Source: Oceanispirochaeta sp. (GTDB taxonomy: Bacteria; Spirochaetota; Spirochaetia; DSM-2461). From it: 64,000 nucleotides of DNA. The position numbers were made by a program, and so were the translations under genes. Under the pieces are notes generated by a model, which did no database searches, was not told the DNA's origin, and was given only the letters and a program-made list of their open reading frames with translations. The stretch is from NCBI GenBank assembly GCA_963663385.2, contig CAXXXD010000002.1, positions 800,001 through 864,000 on the forward strand, given 5' to 3'. How positions within the stretch are numbered: the first letter of the stretch is position 1; each line of letters starts with the position of its first letter. Positions 44,830 to 56,100 of this stretch are shown here, piece by piece.

Positions 44830-46851
44830 TCAGCCATTTTCCCTGGATTTGAAAAGGTAGACCTGGCTGGTTTTATCTGTGGGCAGATCTGTCAATATTT
44901 CTTCAAATACTTTTTCAGCTTCCTTAAAATTCTCATTGTTGTATAGAGTAAGCGCTTTATAAAAAGTTTCTTTCAGTCTTTTTTTGGCTGTCAGGGTTTC
45001 CGGGCTGTCCGTATTGAAAATTTCAAATATCGGGACGGGTGCACTTTTTCCCTTCAGGTAGATCTGACCTATGTAACGCTCCTCAATGGACTCTCTGTTC
45101 TGCAGAATATCCCATGAGGCTTCGCTGATGGCAATGCTCATACCGTACTCTTTGGTCAGGGATTCGATACGGGCGCAAAGGTTTACCGAATCGGAAATCA
45201 CCGTGCTGTCCATGCGTTCATTCTCGCCTATGGTCCCCAGCATCAGTGAACCGGTATGAATCCCTATCCCTATTCTGATCGGTTCATATCCGAAATTTCC
45301 CCTGTGGCTGTTGTATACTTTAATTTCCTCCTGGATCTGTATGGCCGCTTCCACAGCCGAATCGGCGGAATCCGGAAAAAGGGCCATTATGCCGTCGCCT
45401 ACGTATTTATCTATAAAACCGCCGAACTGCCGGATCACGGGACCGATCCGTTTCAGATAGGAGTTTAAAAAGAGGAAGTTCTCCTTGGGTGTCAGATGCT
45501 CCGACAGTGTGGTAAAGTCCCGGATATCACAGAACATAATGGTCATATCGGTCTGGGTATGGTCCCCCAGCTGTACTTCTGTAATTGTGTCCTTTCCCAT
45601 ATATTCCAGAAATTCCTCCGGAACGAAACGTCTGAAAGAACTGTTTGTTTCGGCCAGTTTACAGGTCAGCTTTTCGGCATTGGAAAAGGCCCGTCCAATA
45701 TTCCAGCTGAGCAGGGCGGCCTGGGATATTATAAAAAGGGCCAGACCTACGGGAACAATATGGGCTGTCTGAATCAGCCCCTGGGCGTAGAAAATGTCAT
45801 TAGCGGCAGTAAACAGAAGAACAAGGAATCCGGACAGTGTGACTATCGCCGAAGCATTCCTTTTCAAGGCGTAGAAGATAATGACGGCAAATATAATTCC
45901 ACTGATGACAAGAGCCAGAGTCTGATAGAAAACAAGGAACTGAATATAGAAATGGTGTTCCGTCAGGAGAACCAGGCATATAAATAGAGCACTTATATAA
46001 TAAACCGGCAGAAAAACAAACCGGCTCCACTTAAAGGGATACTCAATTGTAATAAAGCGGAGAAAAAGGGGGACGGACAGATAGAAAGTCAGATGTCCCA
46101 GGATATTCTCCAGATCTACCGGCATGATGGGGTAGAACAGCAGAAGGAGATGCTCCCCGTATAGTATGGTCCTGAAGCCGAGTACAATCGAAAAAAGACC
46201 GAAGTACAGGGAGGCTCTGTCATCTTTCCTGGTCAGATAGAAACTCAGGTAGAGCATACCGGTAATGAAAAGAACACCGAACAGAAATGCCTCGAAAATA
46301 ACTTTACGGTTTTTATTCCTTATGAGTGTCTGTAAAGAACCGATTTCAAAGGCATCTGTGATGCCTCCGTGAATATCATTGTAATTGGAAACCTGATAGA
46401 GGATATTCAGTTCCCGACCTGCCGGGAGCTGTCGGACCGACAGGTCGTCCCTGTTCCGGTTAAGGGTATCATCCGGACCGGGACTGCCGTTCTCCAGGAG
46501 CATAATGCCGTTCACATACATTCTGTACTGATTGAGGGAAAAACGGGTCCTGATCCCCAGGGGAAAGGACACGTCCGGCAGGAGAACTGTCATATGATAG
46601 GTAGCATACCCGTCCGGAGGGTAATCGCCGGATATATTCCAGGCTCCGGGTACTCTGATAAGCTGTGTTTTTTCCGGGAGTGAAATCCCCGGGGGAAGAA
46701 TTTTTTTCCAGTAGAAGTCCCATTCCCCTTCCAGACTCACGATCCGGTTCTGTAAATCACACGCCCTGAAATCCAGGACTGCCGTTTGGGAGAACACCGG
46801 TATTAAAAGAACATGTATATAGATCAGCAGCAATAGTATCTTTTTAATCAT
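44830..46851 (-). CDS. 7TM-DISM membrane class III adenylate cyclase
   Basis: L.GEW.FYW extracellular domain, 7 TM helices; FCDIRDFT, DKYVGDG, GIGIH.G, TVISDSVN..ARIE; TPR-like tail. Confidence 0.9.
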   Translation of the reverse strand: MIKKILLLLIYIHVLLIPVFSQTAVLDFRACDLQNRIVSLEGEWDFYWKKILPPGISLPEKTQLIRVPGAWNISGDYPPDGYATYHMTVLLPDVSFPLGIRTRFSLNQYRMYVNGIMLLENGSPGPDDTLNRNRDDLSVRQLPAGRELNILYQVSNYNDIHGGITDAFEIGSLQTLIRNKNRKVIFEAFLFGVLFITGMLYLSFYLTRKDDRASLYFGLFSIVLGFRTILYGEHLLLLFYPIMPVDLENILGHLTFYLSVPLFLRFITIEYPFKWSRFVFLPVYYISALFICLVLLTEHHFYIQFLVFYQTLALVISGIIFAVIIFYALKRNASAIVTLSGFLVLLFTAANDIFYAQGLIQTAHIVPVGLALFIISQAALLSWNIGRAFSNAEKLTCKLAETNSSFRRFVPEEFLEYMGKDTITEVQLGDHTQTDMTIMFCDIRDFTTLSEHLTPKENFLFLNSYLKRIGPVIRQFGGFIDKYVGDGIMALFPDSADSAVEAAIQIQEEIKVYNSHRGNFGYEPIRIGIGIHTGSLMLGTIGENERMDSTVISDSVNLCARIESLTKEYGMSIAISEASWDILQNRESIEERYIGQIYLKGKSAPVPIFEIFNTDSPETLTAKKRLKETFYKALTLYNNENFKEAEKVFEEILTDLPTDKTSQVYLFKSRENG

Positions 46852-46982
46852 ACAACTGAATAATAAACTATTTTTCCGTTTTCTCTATCAATTAATTCTG
46901 TCAGACTGTTTTTTTCTATCATTTTTTCAAGTTGATCATCCGGTATTCCGTCTCTGTACTCCCGACTGTCTCATTTCGGGAT

Positions 46983-48017
46983 TTAAGGAATAGAAAGGCC
47001 GGAGTTATCCGGTTGTACCTGACTGCTCAGCCGTTCAATCAGGCGGGTTTCGACGGTATAATTACGGAGGGGCGTATTTTCATTTTCAAGGGTCCCGATC
47101 AGCAGGTCAGCCGCTTTACGTCCCAGTTCTTCCGATTGAATATCCATTGTTGTCAGAGCAGGAGAGAGAAAACTTCCTTTTGCAGTATTGTTAAAACCCG
47201 AAACCGGCAGGAATAAGCCTTTCTGCTTCAGCAGGGAAAGGGCTCCGATTATCAGATAATCATCCGCTCCTGCTACAGCCTCCGGTTTTCCTGCAGATAA
47301 GAGTACCTCCATCCCTCTGAATCCGTCAGCTTCCTGAAAATCATCCGCCAGATGAATCAGAGTCTCATCAGGTGTTATTCCCCGCTCTTTCAGGGCTTTC
47401 TTATAGCCTTCCAAACGGTTGCGGGTTACCCGGTAAGTCAGGGGACCGCCCATAAAGGCGATACGGCGCAACCCTTTATTCAGAAAATGATTTACCATAT
47501 CGTACATAGCTTTCTGATTGTCATTATCCACCCACAGGGCATGGGTGTACTTTGTATCGGGTCTGCCGATCACCACATAGGGAAAGCGTTTTTTTTCCAG
47601 ATAAACCATACTTTTGTCATCATCCCGCGCAGTGGTGAGTATTACGCCGTCCACAATATTCTGGCTGACAAACTGTTCCAGGCTTTCAACTTCCTCCTCT
47701 TCACTGCAGACAAAGGAGTACAGTATGTTATATCCGCAATGACGGGCCTGGATACTGAGCCCCCGCATGGCCTGCATAATAAAGGGTTTGATAAAAAGGT
47801 TCTTCTCCGAATCGGGGATTATCAGTCCCAGGGTCTGGGTCTTTCCCTTTGCCAGGCTCCGGGCTGCCGCGTTGGGGTGGTAACCCAGTTCATCCATAGC
47901 GAGACGGACCCTGTCCCGTGTATCCCGGCTGATTTTGGGATTATTATGTATAACCCGGCTTACTGTGGAGGGAGCCACCCCCGCTTTTTCTGCAACATCC
48001 TTAATTGTAATCCCCAC
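46983..48017 (-). CDS. LacI family transcriptional regulator
   Basis: ITIKDVA..AGVAPSTVSRV...LGYHPN..ARSL; sugar-binding core. Confidence 0.95.
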   Translation of the reverse strand: MGITIKDVAEKAGVAPSTVSRVIHNNPKISRDTRDRVRLAMDELGYHPNAAARSLAKGKTQTLGLIIPDSEKNLFIKPFIMQAMRGLSIQARHCGYNILYSFVCSEEEEVESLEQFVSQNIVDGVILTTARDDDKSMVYLEKKRFPYVVIGRPDTKYTHALWVDNDNQKAMYDMVNHFLNKGLRRIAFMGGPLTYRVTRNRLEGYKKALKERGITPDETLIHLADDFQEADGFRGMEVLLSAGKPEAVAGADDYLIIGALSLLKQKGLFLPVSGFNNTAKGSFLSPALTTMDIQSEELGRKAADLLIGTLENENTPLRNYTVETRLIERLSSQVQPDNSGLSIP

Positions 48018-48030
48018 TATCAGTCCTTTG

Positions 48031-48044
48031 TGAAAGCGTTTGCA
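48031..48044. promoter_or_regulatory. LacI-type operator (autoregulatory)
   Basis: TGAAAGCGTTTGCA, a pseudo-palindrome with central CG, 13 bp upstream of the LacI start. Confidence 0.7.
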
Positions 48045-48086
48045 TTGCTGAGTATACTCCAGAGCCGACTGAACTGTCTATCCGGT

Positions 48087-48115
48087 TTGCTCTGAGGTCG
48101 GCTTTTATATATACT
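48087..48115 (+). promoter_or_regulatory. Sigma70 promoter, probably leaderless transcript of the histidine kinase
   Basis: TTGCTC-17 bp-TATACT, then 7 nt to ATG 48123 with no SD. Confidence 0.6.
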
Positions 48116-48122
48116 CGGAATT

Positions 48123-49388
48123 ATGAGCGAAAAAAGAATTGTTGTCCTTTTTCTGATTCTCATTTTTATTCTGCTCTCCGTAATGAGCAGTATGATTATG
48201 GTCAGTCAGGTTCAGAAAAAAATGGTCTCCTTCCTTCTGGAGAATGAAAAACTGATGAACAGACTGTATCAGCTGCACCGGGAGGGCGAGCTGAGCGAAG
48301 CGGATATCCCCGAGAATATAAAAGGGTTGGGGCTGTACAATTTTTACAGGGAGCCTCTCTTTCTGATCGGGAGCGCCGGAGAAGTCCTTGAACATAAAGG
48401 GGAGGATAAACCCTATTTTGATAAAGAGAGAGATACTATCATTCTTAACCGGGATCTTTTAAATCCCTTTATTCCCATGCTGGGGAATGATCAGCTGATT
48501 GAAAAAATACATGAAGAGATGACAGGCCGGGCCAGCTCCGCCTCAGCGGATGTGAAGAAAAAGATGGTCCGGTATATCTCTGTAGAGATTGCCGATACGC
48601 CGATAAAGTACTTTATACTCCGATACAGAATTATTATCGGCCTGATTATCCTGATGATTCTGGCTCTGATCCTCTACATCGGGCACCTCTCCTTCCGGAA
48701 TCTCCGTTACAGGGAGAAGATTGAATCCCAGGAGCGTCTTGTCCTGCTTGGGACCGCTGCCCGGACCTTTACCCATGAAGTGAAGAACCCCCTGAGCAGT
48801 ATCCGTCTTCAAACCGCCATCATTGCCCGGTCCGGATGCTCCCTTCACAGTTCTTCCCTGGAAATCATCAATGAGGAGGTGAACCGGCTGGCCTCCATGA
48901 CCGAACGGATAGGCGATTTTCTGCGCCATCCCGTGGGGAACCCCTGCAAAACCGATCTGCGGGGGGAAATAGAGCGTATCCTGCAGAGAAGAGGAGAGCT
49001 TTCCATCCTGTCCGATAGAACAGAGCGTAACTCCTTTTATGTATGGATAGATCCCGAAAGGCTTGGCTCTGTTATAGACAACCTCCTGAATAATGCCGGT
49101 GAGAGCGGTTCCGATCCGGACAAAATTCGTCTCACCCTCGAGCAGAGGGGACAGGATGCCCTGATAAGCGTTAAGGATGAGGGAACGGGGATTCCCCCTG
49201 AAAACCTCGAACGTATTTTCGATCCCTTTTTTACAACCAAATCCAAAGGGTCCGGAGTGGGGCTCTCCATTATACACAGTTTTATCCAGGCCGTAGACGG
49301 CTCGGTCGGAATCGAATCGGTGCCGGGATCCGGCACGGAAGTGATTGTCTCCCTGCCATTAATGAAGGAAAGCAAATGCATATCCTGA
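48123..49388 (+). CDS. Sensor histidine kinase
   Basis: Two TM helices; H-box THEVKNPL, NLL.NA, DEGTGI, FDPFFTTK..GSGVGL. Confidence 0.95.
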   Translation: MSEKRIVVLFLILIFILLSVMSSMIMVSQVQKKMVSFLLENEKLMNRLYQLHREGELSEADIPENIKGLGLYNFYREPLFLIGSAGEVLEHKGEDKPYFDKERDTIILNRDLLNPFIPMLGNDQLIEKIHEEMTGRASSASADVKKKMVRYISVEIADTPIKYFILRYRIIIGLIILMILALILYIGHLSFRNLRYREKIESQERLVLLGTAARTFTHEVKNPLSSIRLQTAIIARSGCSLHSSSLEIINEEVNRLASMTERIGDFLRHPVGNPCKTDLRGEIERILQRRGELSILSDRTERNSFYVWIDPERLGSVIDNLLNNAGESGSDPDKIRLTLEQRGQDALISVKDEGTGIPPENLERIFDPFFTTKSKGSGVGLSIIHSFIQAVDGSVGIESVPGSGTEVIVSLPLMKESKCIS

Positions 49389-50707
49389 TAGTTGATGATG
49401 AGAAGAATATCCGGGAAAGCCTCAGGATGATCCTGGAACAGGAGGGGTATGAAATCAGCACCGCTGAGAACGGTCTTTCCGCTCAGCGGCTTCTGAAGGA
49501 AAATCGTTTTGATGCGGGAGTTTTCGATCTGAAAATGCCCGGAATGGACGGTCTGGAACTTCTTCAGTGGCTGCGGGAGAGTGAAACGGCCATGCCCGTG
49601 ATTATGATATCCGCTTTTGGAGAGGTTAAAGATGCGGTTGCCGCTATGAAGAGCGGGGCTGAGGATTATATCACCAAACCCTTCGATCCGGATCTGCTTA
49701 TAGAAAAGGTCCGGCTTCTGGAGCTGTCCCGGACCAGGGAGGCCGGGTTTGAAAGGGGCCGGACCGGAGGGGCGGATCCTTTTTTTCTGGGTAACGGAAC
49801 CGCTGCGGAAAAGCTCTATAAGCGCATGGAGAGGATTTCCCGGACACGGTCCAATGTGCTGATTACCGGTGAGAGCGGTTCGGGGAAAGAAGTTACCGCC
49901 CGGCTGATCCACAACTGGTCCGATCAGAAGGATGCCCCCTTTACGGCCGTCAATATCGGGGGCCTTCCGGAAAGTCTTCTGGAAAGCGAGCTTTTCGGTT
50001 ATGAGAAGGGAGCCTTTACCGGGGCGGACAGGCAGAAGCCCGGGCTTTTTGAAATGGCCGCCGGGGGAACCCTTTTCCTGGATGAAATAGGAGAGATGCC
50101 TCTGGCTCTGCAGGTAAAACTCCTCCGGGTTCTTCAGGATAGGAGTTTTCGCCGCCTGGGAGGTTTGAATGACCTTTCAATCGACTCCCGCATTATTACG
50201 GCGACTAACCGTAATCTGGAGCAGATGGTTGTGGAGGGGACCTTCCGGGAGGATCTTTACTACCGGCTGAACGTCGCCCGTCTGGCAATTCCGCCTCTCA
50301 GAGAGAGACGGGATGACCTGCCCCGGCTGACCGGTTTCCTCCTGGAAAAACTGAACCGCAAGATGGGGACGGAGGTAAAAGGTCTCAGCAGGGAAGCCTG
50401 GGAGAAACTGAAGGGGTATGCCTTTCCCGGGAATATCCGGGAACTGGAGAACCTGCTGGAGCGAAGTATGATTTTTGCCGAAAGCGAACTGCTGGGGGCG
50501 GAGGAGCTGGAACTGAGGCCGGATAGCGGTCCTGTATCAGCTCCGGTTCCGGCAGAAGGCGGGCGGACCCTTAAGGATCTGGAGCGGGAATCCATCCTGA
50601 CTGCTCTCAGGCGCTGGGAAGGGAATCGCAGCCATGCTGCCAAAGAGCTGGGAATTTCCCGCCGGACAATTATAAATAAAATTAAAGAGTACGGTCTGGA
50701 CGGATAA
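49376..50707 (+). CDS. Sigma54-dependent NtrC-family response regulator
   Basis: IVDDE/DLKMP receiver, GESGSGKE, GAFTGA, LFLDEIG, FREDLYYRL, C-terminal HTH. Confidence 0.96.
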   Translation: MHILIVDDEKNIRESLRMILEQEGYEISTAENGLSAQRLLKENRFDAGVFDLKMPGMDGLELLQWLRESETAMPVIMISAFGEVKDAVAAMKSGAEDYITKPFDPDLLIEKVRLLELSRTREAGFERGRTGGADPFFLGNGTAAEKLYKRMERISRTRSNVLITGESGSGKEVTARLIHNWSDQKDAPFTAVNIGGLPESLLESELFGYEKGAFTGADRQKPGLFEMAAGGTLFLDEIGEMPLALQVKLLRVLQDRSFRRLGGLNDLSIDSRIITATNRNLEQMVVEGTFREDLYYRLNVARLAIPPLRERRDDLPRLTGFLLEKLNRKMGTEVKGLSREAWEKLKGYAFPGNIRELENLLERSMIFAESELLGAEELELRPDSGPVSAPVPAEGGRTLKDLERESILTALRRWEGNRSHAAKELGISRRTIINKIKEYGLDG

Positions 50708-50803
50708 CCCTTTCTGTGCAAATCCTGTTTCCTGTGAAAATACTGCGCACCAGACTTTTCAACATTCCCTTTCCAACAGGGACATTCCTTTTATCAGATT
50801 GAA

Positions 50804-50820
50804 TTGGCATAATTCATGCT
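50804..50820 (+). promoter_or_regulatory. Sigma54 (-24/-12) promoter of the efflux operon
   Basis: TTGGCATAATTCATGCT with exact GG-N10-GC spacing, directly after the activator gene. Confidence 0.85.
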
Positions 50821-50863
50821 GAGGATTCAGCATCCAATTCTGCAAATAAAGAGGAAGCTGAAT

Positions 50864-52177
50864 ATGAATAAAAACTATCTGATACCATTACTGTTTTTTC
50901 TGCTGGCCGGAACCGTACTTCTGTCGGCGGAAGACGTTCTGGTCCTGACAGAACAGGATGCGGTCGATATGGCTGTGGGACGTAACCTGAGTCTTCAGTC
51001 TGCCCGTCTGGATGTGGAGAGCAGCGAAGAGGCTGTAAAGAACAGCTGGAATGTTGTTCTGCCGACTTTTTCCGCCAGCGCGGGTGTGTCCCGTTCCGGG
51101 GCGGTCTTTACGGATCCCCTTCCAACCGCCAGCGATACATGGGGTGTCAATACCTCTCTCTCGGCGGAACTCGGTCTGAATGCAACCGCCCTGTTTTCCA
51201 TAGAGGGGGCCAAACTGTCGGATCAGACCCGGCACCTTTCCTATGAGATGGAGCAGACCATGCTCATTATCAATGTTAAAAAGCAGTTTAACTATCTCGT
51301 GGCCAACAAGGAGAACCTGGCTCTGCAGGAGAAAAACCTGGAACTGGCTGAAAAACGCTATGAACAGACTCTGGTCAACTATGAAAACGGACTGGCATCG
51401 GAGTTAAGCGTTCTGGAAGCCCGCAACTCCTACGAGAGCATGCGACCGGCCTATACCAATACAAAAACAGCCTACGAAACTCAGTTAATGGCGTTCAGGA
51501 AAATGCTGAGCATTGATCTGGAACAGGAAGTCGATGTTGAAGGTTTCATGGAGTTTTCTCCTCTGGATCTGGATGCGAAAAAGCTGATTGATACTTTTAT
51601 GATGAACCGTTTTGATATACAGCTTGCCATCAAGACGATGGATGTTGATGAAAACATCCTGTCCATGACTAAAACGGGCAGCCTGACCCCCTCTCTCATT
51701 TTAAGCGGCAGCTGGAGCAGCAATGCCGCGGACGCCGGCGATCCGGACTGGATCGACTCCGCATCGGTTTCCGCTATGGTCAGCCTGCCCCTGAACGGTT
51801 TTATTCCCGGTTCTTCCGAGAACCTGGATATCCGGGATGCCGAACGTTCCATCGAAAAGGCCCGGCTCTCCCTGGAAGATACAATTGAAGGAGCCGAACA
51901 GGATATCCGTTCCCTTCTGATGGAACTGGACGGTTACAGGGAGAATATGGAGATAACCGGTTTAAGCGTGGAACTGGCCCGGAAAACCTATGAAATGACC
52001 GAAGAGGCCTATCGCCTGGGAACCAGGGAAATACTGGATGTGGAAGATGCGCAGAATAAACTGCTCTCCGCCAATCAGGATCTCCTGTCCAGCCGCTACA
52101 GCTACCTGTCGGGGCTGCTGGATCTGGAATACGCCCTTAACGCTTCTTTGGATGAAATACGGGCTGTAAAATTATAA
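50864..52177 (+). CDS. TolC family outer-membrane efflux protein
   Basis: GAGGA RBS, signal peptide, two OEP repeats (A.KRYE....Y.NG..SEL; Y..G.REILDVEDAQ). Confidence 0.9.
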   Translation: MNKNYLIPLLFFLLAGTVLLSAEDVLVLTEQDAVDMAVGRNLSLQSARLDVESSEEAVKNSWNVVLPTFSASAGVSRSGAVFTDPLPTASDTWGVNTSLSAELGLNATALFSIEGAKLSDQTRHLSYEMEQTMLIINVKKQFNYLVANKENLALQEKNLELAEKRYEQTLVNYENGLASELSVLEARNSYESMRPAYTNTKTAYETQLMAFRKMLSIDLEQEVDVEGFMEFSPLDLDAKKLIDTFMMNRFDIQLAIKTMDVDENILSMTKTGSLTPSLILSGSWSSNAADAGDPDWIDSASVSAMVSLPLNGFIPGSSENLDIRDAERSIEKARLSLEDTIEGAEQDIRSLLMELDGYRENMEITGLSVELARKTYEMTEEAYRLGTREILDVEDAQNKLLSANQDLLSSRYSYLSGLLDLEYALNASLDEIRAVKL

Positions 52178-52197
52178 ATCAATAATCGGAGGAAAAA

Positions 52198-53157
52198 ATG
52201 GAAGAAAAAAAGAATAAAAAAGTTAAACCTACAGGAATCATTCTGATTATCCTTATTGTCCTTGTCGGAGCTCTTATCGCCTTTGCGGCTTTGAATAAAA
52301 ATGCTCCTATCAGTTCCGGTCCCGGAGGACGGCCCGGCAGACCGGGAGGGATGCAGGAGCCGGGTGAGATGGTCTATACCGTTCTGACCAGGAAAATCGT
52401 GCCTGTTGATCTGGCAAACTATCTGAAATTCAACGGAGATGTGATTACGGAAACAAGTGTCAGTATCTATCCCGATACATCCGGCGAAGTGACGGATCTT
52501 TATGTTTCTCTGGGAAGCTATGTTCAAAAAGGGCAGGTTATTGCAAAAATTGATCCTTCCCTTCCCGGGCAGGTTTTCGTGGCCAGCCCTGTAAAATCCA
52601 CCATTACCGGTACGGTTACGGCTCTTCCCTACGATGTGGGAGATACGGTTTCTTCCGCCCAGGTCCCTATCGCAACGGTGGGAGATCTGTCTGATTTGCA
52701 GATTGTCAGCTATATCTCCGAGAAGAATATGGCCGATATCGCCCCGGGACAGAAAGCTTCCATTACTTTCGAACCTTTTGACGGGGTAACATTTTCCGGA
52801 ACCGTTTCCGAGATCAGCCCTGTCCTGGACAGCAGTTCCCGGACCCTTGAGATTAAAATTTCCCTTGATAAAAGGGATTCCCGGATCAAATCGGGGATGT
52901 TCGGGTCGGTGAAACTTATTATTCAGGAAATCAGGGGCACTCTCGCTGTTCCCAATGAAGGCATTATTTCCTCTGCAGAGGGGGATTATGTCTTTCTGGC
53001 AGGCAGCAGCGGTCAAGCGGAAAAGGTTTTTGTAGAAACCGGTTTATCCATTGACGGCACTACGGAAATCACAAGCGGCCTTTCCGTGGGTGATCAGGTA
53101 ATCGTCAGAGGGCAGACCATGCTGAAAGACGGTTCATCCGTCAAAATCGCCGATTAG
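52198..53157 (+). CDS. RND efflux periplasmic adaptor (MFP)
   Basis: N-terminal TM; lipoyl-like G.V..L.V..G..V.KGQ.IA; ISP.LD..SRT, GMF, GL..GD.V. Confidence 0.92.
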   Translation: MEEKKNKKVKPTGIILIILIVLVGALIAFAALNKNAPISSGPGGRPGRPGGMQEPGEMVYTVLTRKIVPVDLANYLKFNGDVITETSVSIYPDTSGEVTDLYVSLGSYVQKGQVIAKIDPSLPGQVFVASPVKSTITGTVTALPYDVGDTVSSAQVPIATVGDLSDLQIVSYISEKNMADIAPGQKASITFEPFDGVTFSGTVSEISPVLDSSSRTLEIKISLDKRDSRIKSGMFGSVKLIIQEIRGTLAVPNEGIISSAEGDYVFLAGSSGQAEKVFVETGLSIDGTTEITSGLSVGDQVIVRGQTMLKDGSSVKIAD

Positions 53158-53169
53158 GGAGCCCGCAAT

Positions 53170-56100
53170 ATGAATATTACTGAAACGGTAGTACACCGTC
53201 CTGTAACGGTTGTCATACTATTTGCCCTTTTTATCGGTCTGGCCGCCTTTCTGGTTCCCTCCATTCCGGTCGAACTCTTTCCGGATATGGAGATGCCCGT
53301 TGTAATGGTCATGACCACATACAGCGGCGCCGGTCCGGAAGATGTGGAGCAGAATGTTACGAAAGTCCTGGAGCAGCAGCTTTCCAATGTGAGTGACCTG
53401 GAGACCATCACCTCCACCTCTTCGGAGGGATACAGCTCGATCCGTCTGAAATTTGATTATTCCAAAGACCTGGATGATGCCACCAATGATATCCGGGATA
53501 AACTGGAGCTGGCGGAAGCCATGCTGCCCGATGATGCGGGAACCCCCGTTATATTCAAGATGAACAGCGATGATATGCCCATTATGAACCTGGCCGTTAT
53601 GGGCGATCTGCCTCAGAACCAGCTGCGGTCCATCGCAGAGGATACGGTGGAGCCTCTTCTGGAGCGGATCAATGGTGTGGCTTCCACTACGGTTCAGGGA
53701 GGTCAGGAGGAGATTATCCGGGTGGATGTCTCCCAGAACAGGCTGGAAGCCTACAATCTTACCCTGACCCGGATAGCATCCTCTCTCAGTACCCAGAACT
53801 ACCAGGTGGGATCGGGCGATCTGCAGGAAGGCGTGACAGAGTACCTGATCCGGACCGATGCGGAATTCTCCTCTCTGGATGAAATAGCCAATGTCGTTAT
53901 TTCCTATGCCGGAGGCGGGGCGGATTCCGTTTCAAAAGCAGTCTATCTCAAGGATGTGGCCGATGTCAGCCGTACCAACGAGGAGGAAGAGGACCGGGTG
54001 TATATAAACAGCAAATACGGTGTCACCATCTCCATTCAGAAAGAATCGGATGCCAACAGTATTGCCGTTTCAGACGGTGTTAACCGGGAGCTGCTGGAAA
54101 TAAACCGGGAACTGCCCGACGGAGTGGAAGTAGCCATTCTGTCCGACGATTCCACGGAAGTGGAATCCATTATGGGGCAGACCTACAAATCCCTCTTTCA
54201 GGGAATCTTTCTGGCCATGTTTGTGCTCTTCTTCTTTCTGCGGACCTGGGCCAGCACCATTATTATCGCCCTCTCCATTCCTCTTTCCATCCTGATTACG
54301 GTTCTGTTTATGTACTTTATGGGGCTGTCCATCAATCTGATGACCCTGACGGGACTGATACTCGGACTGGGGATGGTTGTGGACTGTTCCATTGTTATTC
54401 AGGAAAATATCTTCAAGTTCCGCTCCCGGGGCACAAAGCTGCACGCCTCGGCAATTCTGGGGAGTCGTGAGATGATTATGTCCATCACGGCATCAACCCT
54501 GACAACGATCTGTGTATTCATTCCCATTATCCTGTTTGCAGATAACCTTGAGATGATTGGGCAGATTTTCAGGTCCCTCTCCTGGACTATCATTATTGCC
54601 CTGAGCGTATCCCTTCTGGTGGCCGTTACCTTTGTCCCCACCATGTCGGCCAACTACCTCAAGGTATATACCAGAACACAGAAACCCATCCGGAACAGGG
54701 GACTGAGAAAAATTGATCAGTTTTTTGAGAACGGTTTTATCAGACTGGATCAGGGGTATAAAAGCCTTCTGTCCAGACTGCTGGAACATAAGGGAAAGGT
54801 TCTTCTGCTGGTATTCCTGATTTTTGTATTCTCCATGATGCAGTTTACCAGAATGGGGATTATCCTGGCCCCCGGAATGAGCGAAGATTCTCTGTCTGTC
54901 TCCCTGGAACTCCCGCAGGGCACCCCTCTGGATGAGACGGAACAGACTGCCATGCAGCTGGTTGAGGTTTTTGAAGAGATAGGCGGGTATGACAATATGA
55001 TTGTTACAATCGGGGAGTCGGGGATGTTCGGCGGTACGGTCAATTCCAACGAAGCCTCTGTGCAGATAACCCTGCCGGATTACCAGAATCAGATAATCAG
55101 CTCTGCCGAGATAAAAACCCGCCTCCGGGAACATTTTAATGACTTTCCGGCGGCGACTCTGGAGTTTTCATCCAGAGGACCGGGGATGGGGAACGATAAT
55201 CCCGTGGATATCCTGATCAAGTCGGATGACCTGGATGCGGCCATCGCTTTTGCGGAGGAACTGAAGCAGAAAATCCGGGAAACCCTTCCCGGTGTAACAG
55301 AACCTTCCACGGATATGGATGAGGGGCTTCCCCAGATTGAGGTCGTGATAGACCGGGACCGGGCCTATGACATGGGGCTGAGCATGTACACCGTAGCCAG
55401 TGAAGTGAGCGCTGCCATGAATGGTAAGACAGCTACAACCTTCCGCGTGGGAGGCGACGAACTGGATGTGAATGTTATCCTCAGGGAAGAGGATAAAAGC
55501 AGTGTCCCCGATTTGAGCAAAATCTTTGTAGTTAACAGCAGTGGTATAAGGGTGGCCGTTTCCAATGTGGCATCCATTGAAAAGTCCTCCAGCCCTGTTG
55601 CTATTAACCGGGAGGACGAGTCCCGGACCGTCCATGTGCTGGGAGGGCTGACAGACGGTTATGCTTCCACCGAGGCCCAGGCGGATATTCAGGAGATGAT
55701 CAGCAGCGGGATGGTTGTTCCCGACGGGGTCAGCTACAGTATGGGCGGGGACTTTGAGGATATCGCCAAACTGGGCGGTCAGCTGATCATCATTGCCATT
55801 ATCGCCATCCTGCTGGTATTCGGTATTATGGCGGCCCAGTTCGAATCGCTGAAAGATCCTTTTATCATCTTTTTTACCATTCCCCTGATGATGATCGGTG
55901 TGGTCTGGTTTTATATCCTTTCCGGTCAGACCTTCAGCATTATGTCCGCTGTGGGACTGGTCGTACTGGTGGGGCTGGTTGTAAACAGCGGGATTGTTCT
56001 GGTGGATTACACCAACCTGCTCCTCAAGAGGGGGTATAAACTGAAGGACGCCTGTGTGGAGGCGGCGGGGAACCGTCTGCAGCCTATTCTGATGACGACA

